Position numbers and translations under genes: made by a program. Shown piece by piece: positions 39,752 through 51,600 of a stretch of DNA of 64,000 nt. Origin of the DNA: Paramecium tetraurelia (taxonomy: Eukaryota); contig CT868015.1 of NCBI GenBank assembly GCA_000165425.1, positions 1 to 64,000 on the forward strand, written 5' to 3'. The number at the start of each line of letters is the position of its first letter. The stretch's first letter is position 1. The notes beneath the pieces were generated by a model. The model was not told the DNA's origin. It saw nothing but the letters and a program-made list of their open reading frames with translations, and did no database searches.

Positions 39752-42700
39752 ATGTCGACTTAGCAAAAATCATAATCGGCTAAATAGATTTAAGTGAAAT
39801 CGAAGGCGCAAAATAAGCAATCCTTGAACTCTAAGAAACTAAAATAATAAAAAATTTAAAACCAAAAGGAAGAGTCCTTAAGGGAAATTCTGGGCTTCTT
39901 TACAAATTAAGTCGATGCTAAGAAATTTCTAAAGAAGAAAACTGCCAAAGATTTGGTTGATAAGGATATCAATGATAAGGAATACAAGGAAGAGAAAATT
40001 TAAGATGAATTTCTGAATCCAAATGAATTTGCAGAAGTTAAAGGAACATACGATGATTACAATATTGGAGATTTGGCTGTAATCTTTTAAAATCCAGACT
40101 CCGATAATTGCGAGAATAGACCAGTTTCCTTCAAAGATGCAGTCAAAATATACGACGAAATGTTAACTGTGATGACTGATGAAGTTTCAAAATCGTAGAT
40201 GAAAAAAGAAAGATGTTCATTTCTCTTGGCATTTCTAACCTTAGATGATTATGAAGATAAGAAGGATGAGGGAAACCAGAAAAAGAAGAAAAAGAAAAAT
40301 TTAAAGAAAGAAGATAAATAAAAAACAATCAAGTCTTTATAGACTGCCACACAATTCGGAGAGGAAAAGGAATAGTTACAAAAAAAACAAGAAAAAACAT
40401 CCTATGATAGATATCTTGATTTCTTAAGAATGTATAAAAAATAAGAACAAGACCAAAAATTATAAGAAGATGAACAGAAAAAAGGAGGGGAAGTTATTCA
40501 ACAAAAGAAATAAGCCTATTTAGATGAAATTGGTATCGAACCTGATAAAATGGAAGTTAATCCTAACATGGTTCTAGATCCAATAAAAGAATTGCAAAAA
40601 GTGGATATAAGCGATACTTCTCAATTCAAAAAAGTCAAAAAAAAATGGTGTTAAGGTTAATATTTAAAGAAGACTAAAATTGATGAATTTCAAGAAAAGT
40701 ATGAATGGACATGCCAAAATACTCCCCCAAAGGATTTTCTAACATTGATCAGATTTACAATTATGGCCAAATTGTGTAGAAATGGGTTTCTTCATTGTAG
40801 ATAGTTTATTAATGGTACAGGAGAGTTGATTTTCCTTATCTTAAAAAGCAGTAAGGAGGTGGTGAAAAGATCAGCTCAAAATATGAAAGTCACAAAACAG
40901 ATTGAATTGGGATTTGCTGATTTGTTTAGTTTGGAACCAGTTGATGAAAGTTTCAGACCTTTAAGATTGAAGAATTACATTAGACAATATGCAAACAATG
41001 AAGAAATTAAGAAAAAGCTTTAAGAAATTCTTGATTCAAGGAAGGAGGCTCAAGGTAAAGAGGATGAGTTTAAAAAGAAATAGGATTAGTAGGATAAGAA
41101 AGACAATAAGGATTTAAATACTGATCCCAATTAAGCTTTAGTTGATTAATTGTAACATTTTAAAAAGATGCAAGATTTCAAAGAGAAAAAATATGTGGAT
41201 TAAGAGGAAATCAAGATAGAAGAGAATATTTAGTAGTAGAATAATTAAACTATTGGAAATTATTGTGATTCTCTCTATCCTATTATTTGTTAATGGGATG
41301 ATATTTTACTCCAGGTGTACACCATCTTAAAGTAGTAAGAAGTTGATAAAATTATGAAAATCATAGCCAAAGAACTTAATATTGATTAGAGTCACGAGAA
41401 GGTTGAATTGATTAATGATAAAGATATCACTAGGAAGGAATGGGAGATCTATTACATATATATGGAAATCTTATTGCATTTCGGATAGAAGATACAAAAT
41501 TTAAAGAAAAAAGGGAATTCTCAGATCTAAGAAAATTAAGCTTTCTTGTATAAATTGATATTTAGAAAGGCATTGGGAGATGCAAATGAATTATGGTATA
41601 AAAATCATCCAAGTGTAATGAGTGAAATAACATAGAATAAGTCAATCTTATTGAATTTATGGGGTAGACTAAATGTGGATCCAGTTGCGCCTTATACCGA
41701 ATTCTTTTAACCTAATAATGAGGTAGGAAACTCAATGTGGAGAAAGTATGAAGTCAATGAGAAAGGTTTAAGATCAGAATTTATTAATATGGAGAAGATT
41801 AAGATTACTCATGCCATTGTATTGAAAAACATCAATATTTTAAAAATGATCAAGGAACTTATTGTGACTGCCTACTTCCCAATTCACGACCATTATCAAT
41901 TGCAAGCCATTCCCAAGAGTCCATTCTTTGAGAAACTAATTGAAGGTGAGTTTATGCAACCAAAGGAAGATACTGAACACGAATATGAATTAAAAAATCT
42001 CTTTAATGAATTAAAGGATGAAGCAGAACCAACTGACTTTGATTCAGATAGTTTAGAAGAATCAAGTGCGTTTAATTTTAGGATCCCTTGGCATGTATCA
42101 ATCAATTCTATGAGAGATTATTTTGGTGAAAAAATTGCTCTGTATTTCTCTTTTTTGAGTTATTTCACTAAACAACTATGGTATATGGCTATTATTGGTA
42201 TTATTGCCTAAGGATTGATCTCTGCTTCCACAGAAGAAGCGAAATCCACAATGATTATCTTATTTTCATTAGCTATCATTATTTGGAGTACATTCTTCAT
42301 TGAGTTTTGGAAAAGAGAACAAATCCTATTTAGTGTTTAGTTTGGATAACAAAATTTTGAAGAGGATGAGGCTGAAAGACCAGCCTTTCAAGGTAAATAC
42401 ATAAGATCTATTACAAACGATGATTTGAATGAAGAATTTTATTCTCCTTTTTTGAGAAAGATGAAACAATTGTTTTCATTGGCTGTTAGTTTTCTTATCA
42501 TAGGATGTGTCATAGGTAGTGTGTTGGGAATATTTTTCTTTAAGAATTTAATGTTGTAATAGAAAGCCGATCCCTTTTATGCTTAGAATGTTCCAGCTCT
42601 TTTAAATTTTATTTAAATTAACTTTTTTAACTTTGTCTATTAAAAATTAAGTGACATTTTCAATATGTATGAAAACCATAAGATTTTATCATCCTATGAA

Positions 42701-43678
42701 AATTCTCTTATTGCTAAAATATTCATATTTATGTTTGTCAACAAGTAAGTTATGATCATTATTGTAGTTTCAATTCTTTCTTTATTATTTCATTTTTGTC
42801 TGGGTATTTTTCATAATTACAATTGTGTAAAGTGAGTGAGGAAGTGTAGAATGACTGTTTTTAAGTGTTATCAAATCAGATGACTGTTATTTTTCTATCA
42901 AACATCGGTAAAAACATTCCAGAATTGGCAACTCCCTATATTAAGGCATTTATTACCAAAGTAAATCATTTCATTCTATAAAACTATAGCAAATGAAATC
43001 CAAAACTACCAAAGAAGTTGAACACGCATTTAAGTTGATTGATTCAGCCATTGATGATCAAATGGAATTAGAGCCATATCAAACAAATGAAGAAGTAGAT
43101 GGAACAGTCAATGATTATATGGAACTTGTTATTTAGTTTTCATATCTTGCTTTGTTTGGACTTGCCTTCCCATCATGCTACATATTAGCATTTGTTTCGA
43201 ACATTATAGAAATACAAGTTGATAAATTCAAGTTGATCAGAGTTTCAAGAAGACCCTTCCCTTAGGGAGCTGCAACAATAGGAAATTGGCTGATCATTTT
43301 AGAAGTAATCACATTTTTTGGGATATTCTCAAACTCTGGATTAATCGTCTATACCTCTTAAACAATTCAAACTAATCAAATTGTCATATTTTCAGTTTTA
43401 CTCGTAGTTTTTTTGGCATTGAAATATTTTATCCGATTTTTGGTGCCAGATGAACCAGAATCAGCAACAATTCTAAATAAAAGGCATTAATACGTTGTTG
43501 ATAAAGTAGTTAAAGTAAGATCTATTACTATTTTAAGGGTTTTGCTCAAACTGGACAAAAGTCATACACCCCTGCTAAAATTAACTTAAAAATTGGAGGT
43601 GTCATCTATTCACAATAGGTTTCATAAATATTCAATCAAGATGAGAGTAGCAATAGAAATGAAGAAATTGCTGAATGA
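39752..43678 (+). CDS. Anoctamin/TMEM16-family protein, tandem copy 2 (canonical Ca2+-site residues)
   Basis: FPIHD, MRDYFGEKIALYFSFL, IWSTFFIEFWKREQ, KNIPE, DYMELVIQF, NIIEIQVDK and RRPFPQGAATIGNW. Same three intron positions as copy 1. Confidence 0.95.
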
Positions 43679-43945
43679 ATTATTAATTAATTAAAATTTA
43701 AATTTCTTCTTTTAGATTTATACTTTTTTTTTCTTTATTTGAAGTCCTTATTAATTTTGTTTTTGATATAAGCATACAAATGATTTCAAATTAAAAATCT
43801 CATATCACCAAACGAAGAAGAACTAGAATCCTTAAATTTCATCGAATGAATGAAGATGATTCATAAACAGAATTTATTTTTTTTTCTTATTTTTTAGTAA
43901 TATTATATTATTATAATTCAATAAATATTATTTGAAGTATCAAAA

Positions 43946-44155
43946 TCAGATACACAAATCTGTAATTTGTTCAATAATTTGATCAGACATCTTTTTTTTC
44001 CTTTTCAATCCTTTGATTTACAATTTACTCATCTTTTTATTGATCTTTTTCATCTCTATCTTAGGATAACTATGATCATTTTATTTGTTCGACCAATAAT
44101 CAACCAGAATGTTACCTGAATAAACTTCATAAGCTCTATATTCAAGTTCTCTCAT
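43946..44155 (-). CDS. Small basic hypothetical protein (69 aa)
   Basis: Uninterrupted ATG-to-TGA ORF: MRELEYRAYEVYSGNILVDYWSNKQNDHSYPKIEMKKINKKMSKLQIKGLKRKKKMSDQIIEQITDLCI*. Confidence 0.45.
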
Positions 44156-44190
44156 GCAATTAATTATTTCAATATTTTTATTAATTAAAA

Positions 44191-46482
44191 ATGTATTAAT
44201 GTTAAAAAGTGTTTTAAAATGAAGAAGAAGCCAAGGCTGCAGCCAATCTAACTATTATGGAAATCTTAGGCAATCCAAGCTATTAGGAAGATGAGAAGTT
44301 CGACAAATTGCTTAATTCGTTTATTGAACAATAATTGGAACTAGAAGACAAGATTTAGAAGATGATTAAATCCTAAATAGATGCACTCAATAAAACTAAG
44401 ACTTTTATGGATCACTGCTTTAACAATGTTGAAAAATGCGAATAACAAATAGAAATTCTAAATTAAGAATTTGATAATGATGCTCAATTTCATAAAGAAT
44501 TAGTCAACTATGAGAAGATATTTTTTTATCGCAAAAATATTGGATTAATGCTTGATCAAATGAAGTACATATTCAGAGTCTAAGAAGAAATTGATAAAAT
44601 GAATTCTACATTTTAAAGTGGAAATTGTGATTACGAGAATCTTCATTATAAACTAATTGCTTTGGTGGATATTCGAGATAACATCATAGAAGCAGTTAAT
44701 ACATCTCCATAATCGAAATAAGACTTAAGTGTTATCCTCAATGAATTCAAATGTCTATCAGAATTTGAGAACAAGTTCTATGACAAGATATACGAGATCT
44801 TTTTGACAACAGTTGAAGCATCTATCAAGAAACCTTAATAATTGATAAAGGCATTACAGATCATTGAAACTGCTGATAAATCTAGGGAATTAAGAAAGAA
44901 GGAATTGATTTATAAAAAAAGAGCCATAGTAACTATTTAATAGGGCATTGATGAGAAATTTAATTAGAAATTGAAGGATGCAAAGGATGCAGTCTAAATT
45001 TTAGAGCAATCTAAGTTTTCATCTGCTGATTTGATTTTGGCATTTGATCACACTGTAAAATGCTTCCCAAAACATTATGATATTTTTAAGATTATTGAAG
45101 ATTAGTATAAAGTAAATGTAGAAAAGAGAATCCTTCCCTTCCTTGAAGATGAGTAAAAGGTGACTGAGTCATTTGGTACTTTAATCAATTTACTAAGTTG
45201 GGTTGATTCCTATGAATAATTGTTAAGCAGAGTTGGTGAACAGAGTGAATCCTACGTTGCTTTAAGATGCAAAGTTAAATCTTACATGCCCATCTTTCAA
45301 GACCATGTAAATAATTTAATTATCGATTATTCTGAAAAGGCAATAAGAAAGGACAAGAGTGAATAGCAAACTTTAGAAAACATCACTAAACTTATTAAAA
45401 CTAAATAGGATTTATTAACCTACTTCCCAGAAGATATATTCCACTTTATCAATTAATAATTAGATATTCTTGGTCCAAATCTAAAGGGAGAAATATTTAT
45501 TGAATTTATTCGTTCCGTCTGTGGTACTCTATCCGAAGTCTTGAAAAAAGAATGCAGAGATTTTATAAATGAACTACCTAGCAGTGAGTAGGAAGGAGAA
45601 GTTTCACCTATTTACCTGCTAGTTTTACAAACCAATAATTATTACAAATGCATGACATATTCTAATGAAACAAAGGAATATTGCTTAAAGTTTTGTAATT
45701 AGTTAATATCAGAAAGAGTCTAATAAATATTTTATTAAGATTTGACTGGAGGTTTCAACGAAATCATTAATTTGTTGTTAGAAAAATCCTGTAAGTTGGT
45801 TTTTAATGAAATTAATGATTAAATTATCCCATTTCTATTCTCACCCAAATGGTAGAATGAGAACTTGATAGATCAAGCATTATTCACTATTAAGGATTAT
45901 CTTAAGGACATTTAATTATTAATGTTAAATTAGATTCATTTTAACAAGCTAGTCAAATTGATATTCAAATAACTAATCACCACATATGAAGAATAATTAT
46001 TATTTACTGTATAATTCATTGCAGGCATTCCTAAAGGTATATTATAAATTTGATAATATTTAGGTTACTTTCCCAAATTGTTAACAAACCTGAGTTTTGT
46101 GAATGAATAGGATAAAGATAAGAAAAAGAAAGAAAAAGACAAGAAGGCAGCTATTTAGATGATACTGTCTAACAAAGAGTTGGTTGTACCATAAATGCAG
46201 AGAGACAAGGAAGTCATAATGAATTCTATAGAATAAGATTATATTACTTAGGTCGGTAAGACAAGTGCTTAATAGTTTGATAAGATCTTGACTACTCTTA
46301 TCAAATCGATCAACAATCCAAAGAGTGAAATTGATGGATTGCTTCAACTTTATCCACAAAGTTTTGAATCATATGCTGTGTATATTTTGGAGGTAGTTTT
46401 TTGGATGAGAGAGGATTGCGATTCGAAATATAAGTAATAAAAAATGGAAATATTAAATAATTTAATAAACAAGAAATAATGA
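44191..46482 (+). CDS. Exocyst subunit Sec6/EXOC3-like helical protein
   Basis: About 750 aa, all helical in character. The N-terminus EEAKAAANLTIMEILG...KFDKLL...LEDKIQKMIKSQIDAL, the middle CFPKHYDIF and LLSWV, and the C-terminal ILEVVFWMRED resemble Sec6. Recognised from memory, not by search. Confidence 0.65.
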
Positions 46483-46531
46483 TTATCTTATTACTTAATA
46501 AAATAATAACATTTTACAATATTTGATTTGC

Positions 46532-48524
46532 TCATTTATACAAATTAAATTATTGATTAAAAGAACCCATAGGTATATTCGATGAAGAGAACTGTTATTA
46601 ATTCGGAAAAAGCTAATCTGAAGTGTAAGGCATTCTTACTGTATTGAGCTTTTGATTGAATGATTAGCTGTGTAATTCATTCTCTAAATTTCTTACTCTA
46701 TTGTCCTATTAGATTGATTATTCCTATATAGATCAGTAGAATACTCTTAATTTTGTAACTTCAAATTCCAGTTAATTGTTTCTATCTTACAGCATCTAGC
46801 TTTACAACTTGATTTAATGGTTTTCTACATAAATTAAATTATCTAATACCCATATTTAAAGAATTAACCTATTTTTCATATAAAATTAGATCATTATGCA
46901 TTTCTCTCATTTTAGCAAAATTACTATTCAACTCATTCTTATTTACAGAGTCAGCCTATGAATATTATTCAAGTTAGGATTTTAAAGCTAAATTCTATTA
47001 GTCTAATGTAAAAATGATAGAATCTCTTTTTTATAATTCGCCTTCCAGAAATTAAAGTTAATTTTATTGTTGATCCTGGATGGTCTTCATTTCAATCTAT
47101 TTATGCTGAGCTAAAGCTATGCTTTAGTCTAAATTTCCTTGTTTCTTCTTCAATTCTTAATCGAGGAATTAACATTAATGGACTAATTGATCCTTGTATT
47201 TTTGCAATTGTTGAAGTTGATCAGATTATTTCTTGATTTCTAGTTCGGCATTGGCTAACTTCTATTATTAATTTAGAAATTCCTATTTGCCATTCTTTAA
47301 GGTCATGGATAGTTTTTCAATGTCTTGTTGTTCTAATTAAATTATAGAGCAATAAGTTACATAGTAAATTCTATTAGTTTAGATTTTGAATAGATTCTTC
47401 CTATTTCAATACTTAATTTTTAGTACTATAGAGTTCCTTCTCTTTATTTTCTAGTTATTTGACCTATTATTTTTATAATTCAAACTGATGGGTTTGATTA
47501 GCAAGTGACTTCTATAAAGAATTCACTTATCCTTGGAGTTCTGTGATTTGAATGGTTGCTCTATGTGATTGATCCTTAGAATTTTCTTATTGTTTTTTGA
47601 GTTCAAAATTTAACATATCCAAGGTTGCTTTCATCTTTTTATTGTCAGTGTACAATTGTTCCTATTATTCTCTTTGCTATTCAATTTTTAGATCCTTTTC
47701 TCTCAATTGCTATTTGTAGGTTTCAATGAATCCCTTTAGATTGGTATTTTCATGTTCAACAGAATTGAGATAGACTAGTTGTCTTTTCTAATCTGAGACC
47801 TAATCTTGGAGATCTTTGATTTATTTGTTTAGTTCATTTTATTTGGAGGTTAGGAAATTGTAATCTTCCAACTTCTTCTAGATTCTGTCTAAGTCTCCCA
47901 ACTTATATTGGTTCTCTTGGAGAGCCTCTTATTTTCTGCGAACTTCGGATTTCAACTTTAGAATCATTTCTTCCTAATAATCGAATTTGGCTTTGAGATC
48001 TTGTTCAATCGACTTTTGGTTTTTAACCGATTATCTAAAGGATTAGAAGGTAAACTGAATACAATTCAGATTGGAGTTAGTCGATAACTTTTTTGAGTTG
48101 TGAATTCTCATTCTATAACTTCCTCAATTGTGATCTAGGTAGGATAATTGCGTTACTTTAAGTCTTCACCCTCTTCCCTGAGTGATTGTTGCTTTTCCAG
48201 AAGTGCCTGCTCTTGGGGATTGATTTAGTCGATATTGTAATTTGACTTATATGATTATTCCTTAGGGGTTGGGTTGGATTTAATTCTAAATGAGAAGGAA
48301 AAACTTACGATTGTTTGTCATTCTCTATTGTCTGGGGATGTAGACTATGGGGATAGAGTTAAAAAAAGTTACAGATTGGTTGGGAGCAATGTATTGAAAG
48401 GTTGTGGAACTGGAGTCGGTTATTAATTTGTATTATTGTCTTTAGGTCTGGAGAGAGGGTTGGGTGAGGGGATGGTCTTCTCTTTCTGATATTCATTTTG
48501 AGCAACATTTTGATAGGAAAGCAT
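46532..48524 (-). CDS. Long coiled-coil protein with a Pro-rich N-terminus
   Basis: ATG 48524 (MLSYQNVAQNEYQKEKTIPSPNPLSRPK), tiny introns, long Q/E/K/L heptads, TGA at 46532-46534. Confidence 0.75.
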
Positions 48525-48607
48525 TTATTATACCGAACAAATTTTTACGATTATTTCTTATTTTCATAGAGAGGGAAGGAGCGAAATTGATCATTAATTT
48601 AATTAAA

Positions 48608-51600
48608 ATGTCTCAAATCGACCCTGCGTATTTCGAAAAGCTCAAAGAATAGCTTAACAACCTAAACAACAACAATGAGAGCTTCACAGAAAGGAATATC
48701 TTTGAAATCCGAGAGAGATTAAGTCGAATTTCTGAGGAGGTACATCAAGAAAGAAATAGAGACACCAATCATGTAATCAATTCATTTGAGTCAATCATAG
48801 CAAGTCCTCTAGAACAACTAGAAAATCTTCGTTGACAATTGTTTGAACTTCATTGTTTACGTCCTTTAACATGTTGAGCCTCAGACAACTCGCAATACAA
48901 AATTCTTAATTAGGGCTGCCATCTTGGAATTACTACAGAAGAAAATTCTGTTGTAACACATGACATACCAAGTGGTCGAATAGATGACTGCTGTGTTGGA
49001 GAAGGACAACGAGAATAATGCTGCTGTGGCCATCCGCATTATTAATGATCTACTAAAGTCTAATCAATAATAATCACATCAATATTAAAGATCAAATACT
49101 CTATTTTCAGATGCATTGCTCTTGAGACTCTACTCATTCTTTGAGCAACGGATTGAATTCCTGGTTAAATTTAATAATGAGCTCAAAAAGTCTCAATACA
49201 AGAAACTTTTAGGAGATAATCAAAGTAATCCCTTTTAAGATCAGAATTACGTGTTACAATCAGAAGCCGAAGACAAAAAAGAGAAGGACATAAGACTCAA
49301 TGTTTATAGTTTATCCTTTGTGACTAACATACCGCCATTCTTCATTTACACAATTTTTGTTTTAGACTCTATAGTCAAAGATGAAGTATTCATTCAATAT
49401 AAACCTAGACCAAAACCCAAATGAGAGAAATCTTGAAGCGAGCCTTGAAGACCATGAATCAAGTGATCAATGAAACCAACTTCCAAGATTTGTTGTAGAA
49501 AGTCCCGAGAAATATAGTCTAAGAACTATTCAATGCCTACTCCAAATTTCTATAATTGCTGGCTCTCACCATCAAAAGGGATGAAAACTAGTTACAACCA
49601 CAATCCAGAATCATCAAGGATATCTCTGACACCATTAAGTTAGATTCCGTTGTTGCCACCATCATCAAAACCCTCAAACATTGTCCTGTTGACATTATGC
49701 ACCTAAGAATCGATATCAGCAACCGTCTGAAATAGTCCATCATTTAGAAGAGAGATCCCATCTAATAAAACGACATGAATGACAAGATCAATGAAATTAA
49801 TGCCAATGTGGCTGAATTGATTGATGAAGAAACAATAGTTGGTAAGAACCTTAAAATACCGCCCTATCAAAAGACTAGCATCTATCAAAATTGGCTAGAC
49901 ATTGTTAAACATGTAGTTTAGAGTTACCTTCCTAAGTTAGAGTAAACACAATCGCAATAACCACCAAATAACCTAGAGAAAATGTAGACTGATTTCATTA
50001 ACAATTAAACTTACATGGAAAAGATTTTCAACACCATATTCAAAGTTCTATTCGATTCTTCCTTGCAATTATCCATCCATGAAAAAGCTTTAGATTTAAT
50101 CAAGGTGTTCTTGGAATTGTTTTCTAGGTAAGGTACTTACTTCATCGATAAGATTCTACTCCAATATTACATCGATCAACCTCAACAACAATAATAATCG
50201 AATGACTCTATATTCAAGGAAGTGACCACTCATAGTCCAAAATACAAGTTGTTGGATAGATTATTCTAAATGATTGGAATGAAATTAGCATAGATTAGAA
50301 AGCAAATCTAGTAGATCAAAGAGATGTTAAACAGAACCTAAAGATGGGGTATTATCAAGAAAACAACACCATAAACAAATGTATCTTCTATGCCTTGCAA
50401 TAATGAACCCTTAAGTGAGAGATACATTTCTCAATTAGAGCAGTACATTAAAGAGAACGAAATTGATATCGATCAAAATCTAATTACTCAATAGGATTAA
50501 GCAGCTACACAAGTTTATACTTACGATGACGAGGAAGAATACTAGGTTAATTCTATTAGCATCAATTCTTACAGCTAATTCATTGAATTTGCTAAGGAGG
50601 TGAAATCTAAGATATTCGATTAATTGAATGAAATCCTACAGAAGTTACTTCACTTTGTGACCACAACAAACAAGGACATCGTAATGAAGTATAAGAATAG
50701 ACCCAACTTTTAAATTTCCTAGAGGTTGGCACCCTTAGCGTAAGCTTCAAATGAAAACAAACCATATCTAAGTAATCTGCAATGTCACTACATGTCTAAG
50801 ATAATGAAAAATGGTCTGATGATATTTGATGAATTGCATGATCATCAGAGAAACCATTTTGAAATTTTGGATTATAAAAAGAAAACAATACCTCTATTCA
50901 TGCAATTCTTCATTTAGTTTCAAGATCCCATTAATTTTAAGAACATCTTTGAACCTAATTCAAAATTATTGCTAAAGATCTCAGTCAACTTAATTAAGAC
51001 ATGTCCAGAAACACATTGTCTTCCATTATTATTGTAGGATCACCTCTAGATATTGAGTCATCCTGAAAACTAAGCTCAACCTAAATTGTCAGTGAAGTAT
51101 TACATCGAATTTCTATTGAATTTATATTTGAGAGAACTGCAAACTACTCCAGAATTGCCATCCAGATTCGGCTATTGTAGAGGAGGTTAATTGATATAAA
51201 TGAGCAATCAAAAATAATAAAATGTAACATAAAAAGATTAAGATGAGTACATCTCATTAATACAGAAATTGCTAAGAATTCCAATTAGATTATTTCCCAG
51301 AGTGAAATGCTAATAAAATGAAGAGCCAATAGTAAAACCCCTGGTGAAGTAATTGATATTGTTTTTTGTAAAGAAGTCACATGAAACTTATTATCCCATA
51401 GACTTTCTAGGATTGTTATTGTCGTTGGTTAAAAGAATATAGAATAACGATTAAGGAGAAGGATTGTCTAAGTACTTCCAATAATTGTGTGACAAATATG
51501 ATCGAAATGATAAGTAACAGATCCTTCAAAGGCAACAATATGAGTTGTATCATAAATTGAATTTGAGTGGAGTTAATATTGTTTTAAACATGTTTGAATT

